A stretch of 64,000 bases of DNA from Gekko japonicus (taxonomy: Eukaryota), in assembly GCF_001447785.1 (NCBI RefSeq), contig NW_015174272.1, forward strand, positions 728,286 through 792,285, written 5' to 3'. Positions 61,671 through 64,000 of this stretch are shown here, piece after piece. A program made the position numbers and the translations under genes. Numbering within the stretch: the stretch's first letter is position 1; every line of letters begins with the position of its first letter. Under the pieces are notes generated by a model. The model was not told where the DNA came from. It saw only the letters and a program-made list of their open reading frames with translations, and searched no databases.

Positions 61671-62935
61671 TGTTAGATCTTTATTATTTATTTGTGCCCT
61701 GTATTTTTGTACACGGGTAGTTTCTGATACCTAATAGTATGCCAGATAGGGGTCTCAAGGATTCTTTGTTGTTCAGGGAGCCTGTTTTCTTGCAGCTTGG
61801 AAGAATGTGTAAGCCAAATGCTCTGTTCCCCGGGGGAACAAGATGACAAACGCCTTCCCATTTTGTTACCCAAACTGGACCCAGGGGAGGGGGAGAATTA
61901 CCCTGTTACTGGGTTTCCAGACAGATAAACAAGGGATCTTTTATCTGTGTATTTGGAGGTTTTATTCCAGAGCAATGTTCCCAGATAAAAAGTAACAAAA
62001 ATCAACCAATTCAAATTAAACGAAGTCTTTATTCACTAGCAGTCAATCACACTGCTATAAACCCAAACTTAGACCACAATAAACCATAGTAAAACAAAAT
62101 AAACCACCCTCTCCTTCCCAAATACGTGCACCCAAGTACACACACTTTGCGGATAGGGGTAAGGATGAGGGATGAGACAAGGGAAGAAAGGGTGTTCAGA
62201 TGGGTGATACTACCTGATACAAGGTATGTGTGGGGCTGAGAACTGTGGGGAGTCCATGCAGCAGAAGTCCAAGGCAGCAGAATATTGAGGAGAGAGGGAG
62301 AAGAGCCTGCAGAGCAGTTGCAGGGGTATCCAGGTAGTCAGAGAACTTGGCACACATTTCACTGACCTGGGCTGTCCTTATATGGGGAAGAGCCCATAGC
62401 TGTACATGGGACCCCACTTGCCCAGGATTGGGACTGGTCCAAGAAATGAAGTTTGAGTTTGACTGGGCAGTTTGAAGATACTTGCTGCCCAAATCTGGCA
62501 GGAAGATGAGGAGATGACATTTAATATTCCAAGGTGGGATGATCATTGGCTAGGTTTAGCACATTAAAAAGAACCGGGTAGGAAACAGTATAATACTGTC
62601 CCCTTGATGGCTCACTCTGAGTGGATCAGATGTTAGGCTGCTTTGATTGGTTGGATCGGAGGTAACACTTCAGTGTTGACCATTAACTGGAAATGATTTA
62701 TATTGCTTTGATTAATCATTTGTTGAAGCAAGGGATATGCTTACAGTATGCATTTCTTGGAGCTGGGGGTATGTAGAATGTGCCTTGGTCATGGTAGACC
62801 AGGTGTACATTCTGAGACTCATCCTAGGGATCCCCACCTCACTTAGCCTTTAAAGGGGTGCCCTTCAAAGCAGCTAAGAGGAGACTGGGGATCAAATTGA
62901 GGGTCTCATCAAGAGGGGAGGGCAGGGGTCTCACA
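61671..62935 (-). mobile_element. Possible long solo LTR in PRIM1 intron 3
   Basis: TGTTAGATC / GGTCTCACA imperfect inverted termini, minus-strand CCAAT and AATAAA motifs; no TSD recognised. Confidence 0.35.
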
Positions 62936-64000
62936 GTTTTGGTTGGCAACATTTCCTTCCTAACTATCATTTATTTAATTGTTAAACCCTCAAGGCTGCT
63001 GTTTTGCTATATGAAAAGGCAGCTTACAAGTAATTTTCAGTTCATTGTTTTTAATTCCAGAAAGCCATAATACCATAACTGATAGGAATGAGTGGACCTC
63101 CCCTTTTGCTATCCAGTGCATTGCTTAAAACAGTTGATTCTTGTGACAATCCTAGGCATGTTTACTTGGAAGGAAGTCTCACTGGGTTCAGTGGGACTTG
63201 CTGCCAAACTAGAGTGAGTAGGATTGCAGCTTGAATTGTATAAGTTATGGCGTGAAAGAATACTTGTTTTTGTTCATTCCAAGCCTTCAGCCAAATAATT
63301 TAAGGATTTTGTATTCCCCTCTGTCCTCCATTTTCCTTTGCCCTGTCCTGTCTCACAGAATATGGCTTTGTGATCTATCTCAGACTGCTTCCTGTGACCA
63401 AAATGCAGTATGCTGGAGGTGGTATATATTTAGATCTGTGTCCCTTGCAGGTCAATCTCTGTCATGTTATTTGGTTCCAGAGCACCAGAAGTGCTGGCAG
63501 GAATATTTTGGAGTGGCATGGAAATATCTCATGTGGTAGGCTGCTGCACAGTAACACAGACCATCTCCTACATGAGTGGATGCCATTTCAAAAAGCCACC
63601 ATGCCACTCTTTATCTGCATGAGACTATCTTGTCTTCCCTAACCAATTGAGGTTAGGGCCCTGGTCAAACTGTCGTCTAAAGAAACAAAGCTTGCAGAGG
63701 GGAAACAGTCATGGGGTTGTGAAACAGCCTCCCTGCTGAGGGTCATGTGTGTCCCTCCTTGCTAGTCATCAAATAAGCAAAGTCTACCTTGTCTCAACAG
63801 CATCTGATAGCTGAAAAGGGAAAGAGGTTTGTGTTTTTGCTGCCATCTTTAATTTAGTGCTTCTTCTGTTTTCTTCTCTGCCTGCCTTGGTAGAATTGTT
63901 TTGTTGTTATTTGAGGTATCTGCCATTACATGGTGACTTTTCTTGCAAGCTGCTTTGAATGGCGGGCCAGGTGTGATAGCAATCCTTTATGACAAGTAAA

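Noticed and set aside
61486-64000. PRIM1 exon 4
   Set aside because: No SADIC..CW-like sequence found; presumably lies beyond the window.

Overview
Vertebrate genomic DNA, most likely a squamate reptile (inferred from BovB, Sauria-type and 5S-derived SINEs, CR1, and Gmr1-like Gypsy content), with several N gaps. Three spliced genes can be rebuilt by hand from GT-AG boundaries. (1) A complete 8-exon, 323-aa allergin-1/MILR1-like inhibitory Ig receptor on the minus strand (13392->792): signal peptide, acidic mini-exon, two Ig exons that are tandem duplicates of each other, a TM segment, and an ITIM-YxN-ITIM tail. (2) A complete 318-aa SDR9C retinol/sterol dehydrogenase (RDH16/HSD17B6-like) on the minus strand with 4 coding exons (40935->30604). 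(3) The first three exons of PRIM1 on the plus strand (from 59024), divergent from the dehydrogenase as in the human 12q13 block. The rest is dense, nested transposon sequence. The main element is a young, apparently intact Gmr1-like Gypsy LTR retrotransposon (21380-27375): SCAN-domain Gag, PR-IN-RT-RH order, tRNA-Ala PBS, 5-bp TSD, LTRs about 99% identical. An old, heavily invaded relative sits in an RDH intron. Also present are two internally rearranged L1s, a Helitron nested in a hAT MITE, several solo LTRs with exact TSDs, and multiple MITE families. Family assignments come from recalled motifs, not database searches.
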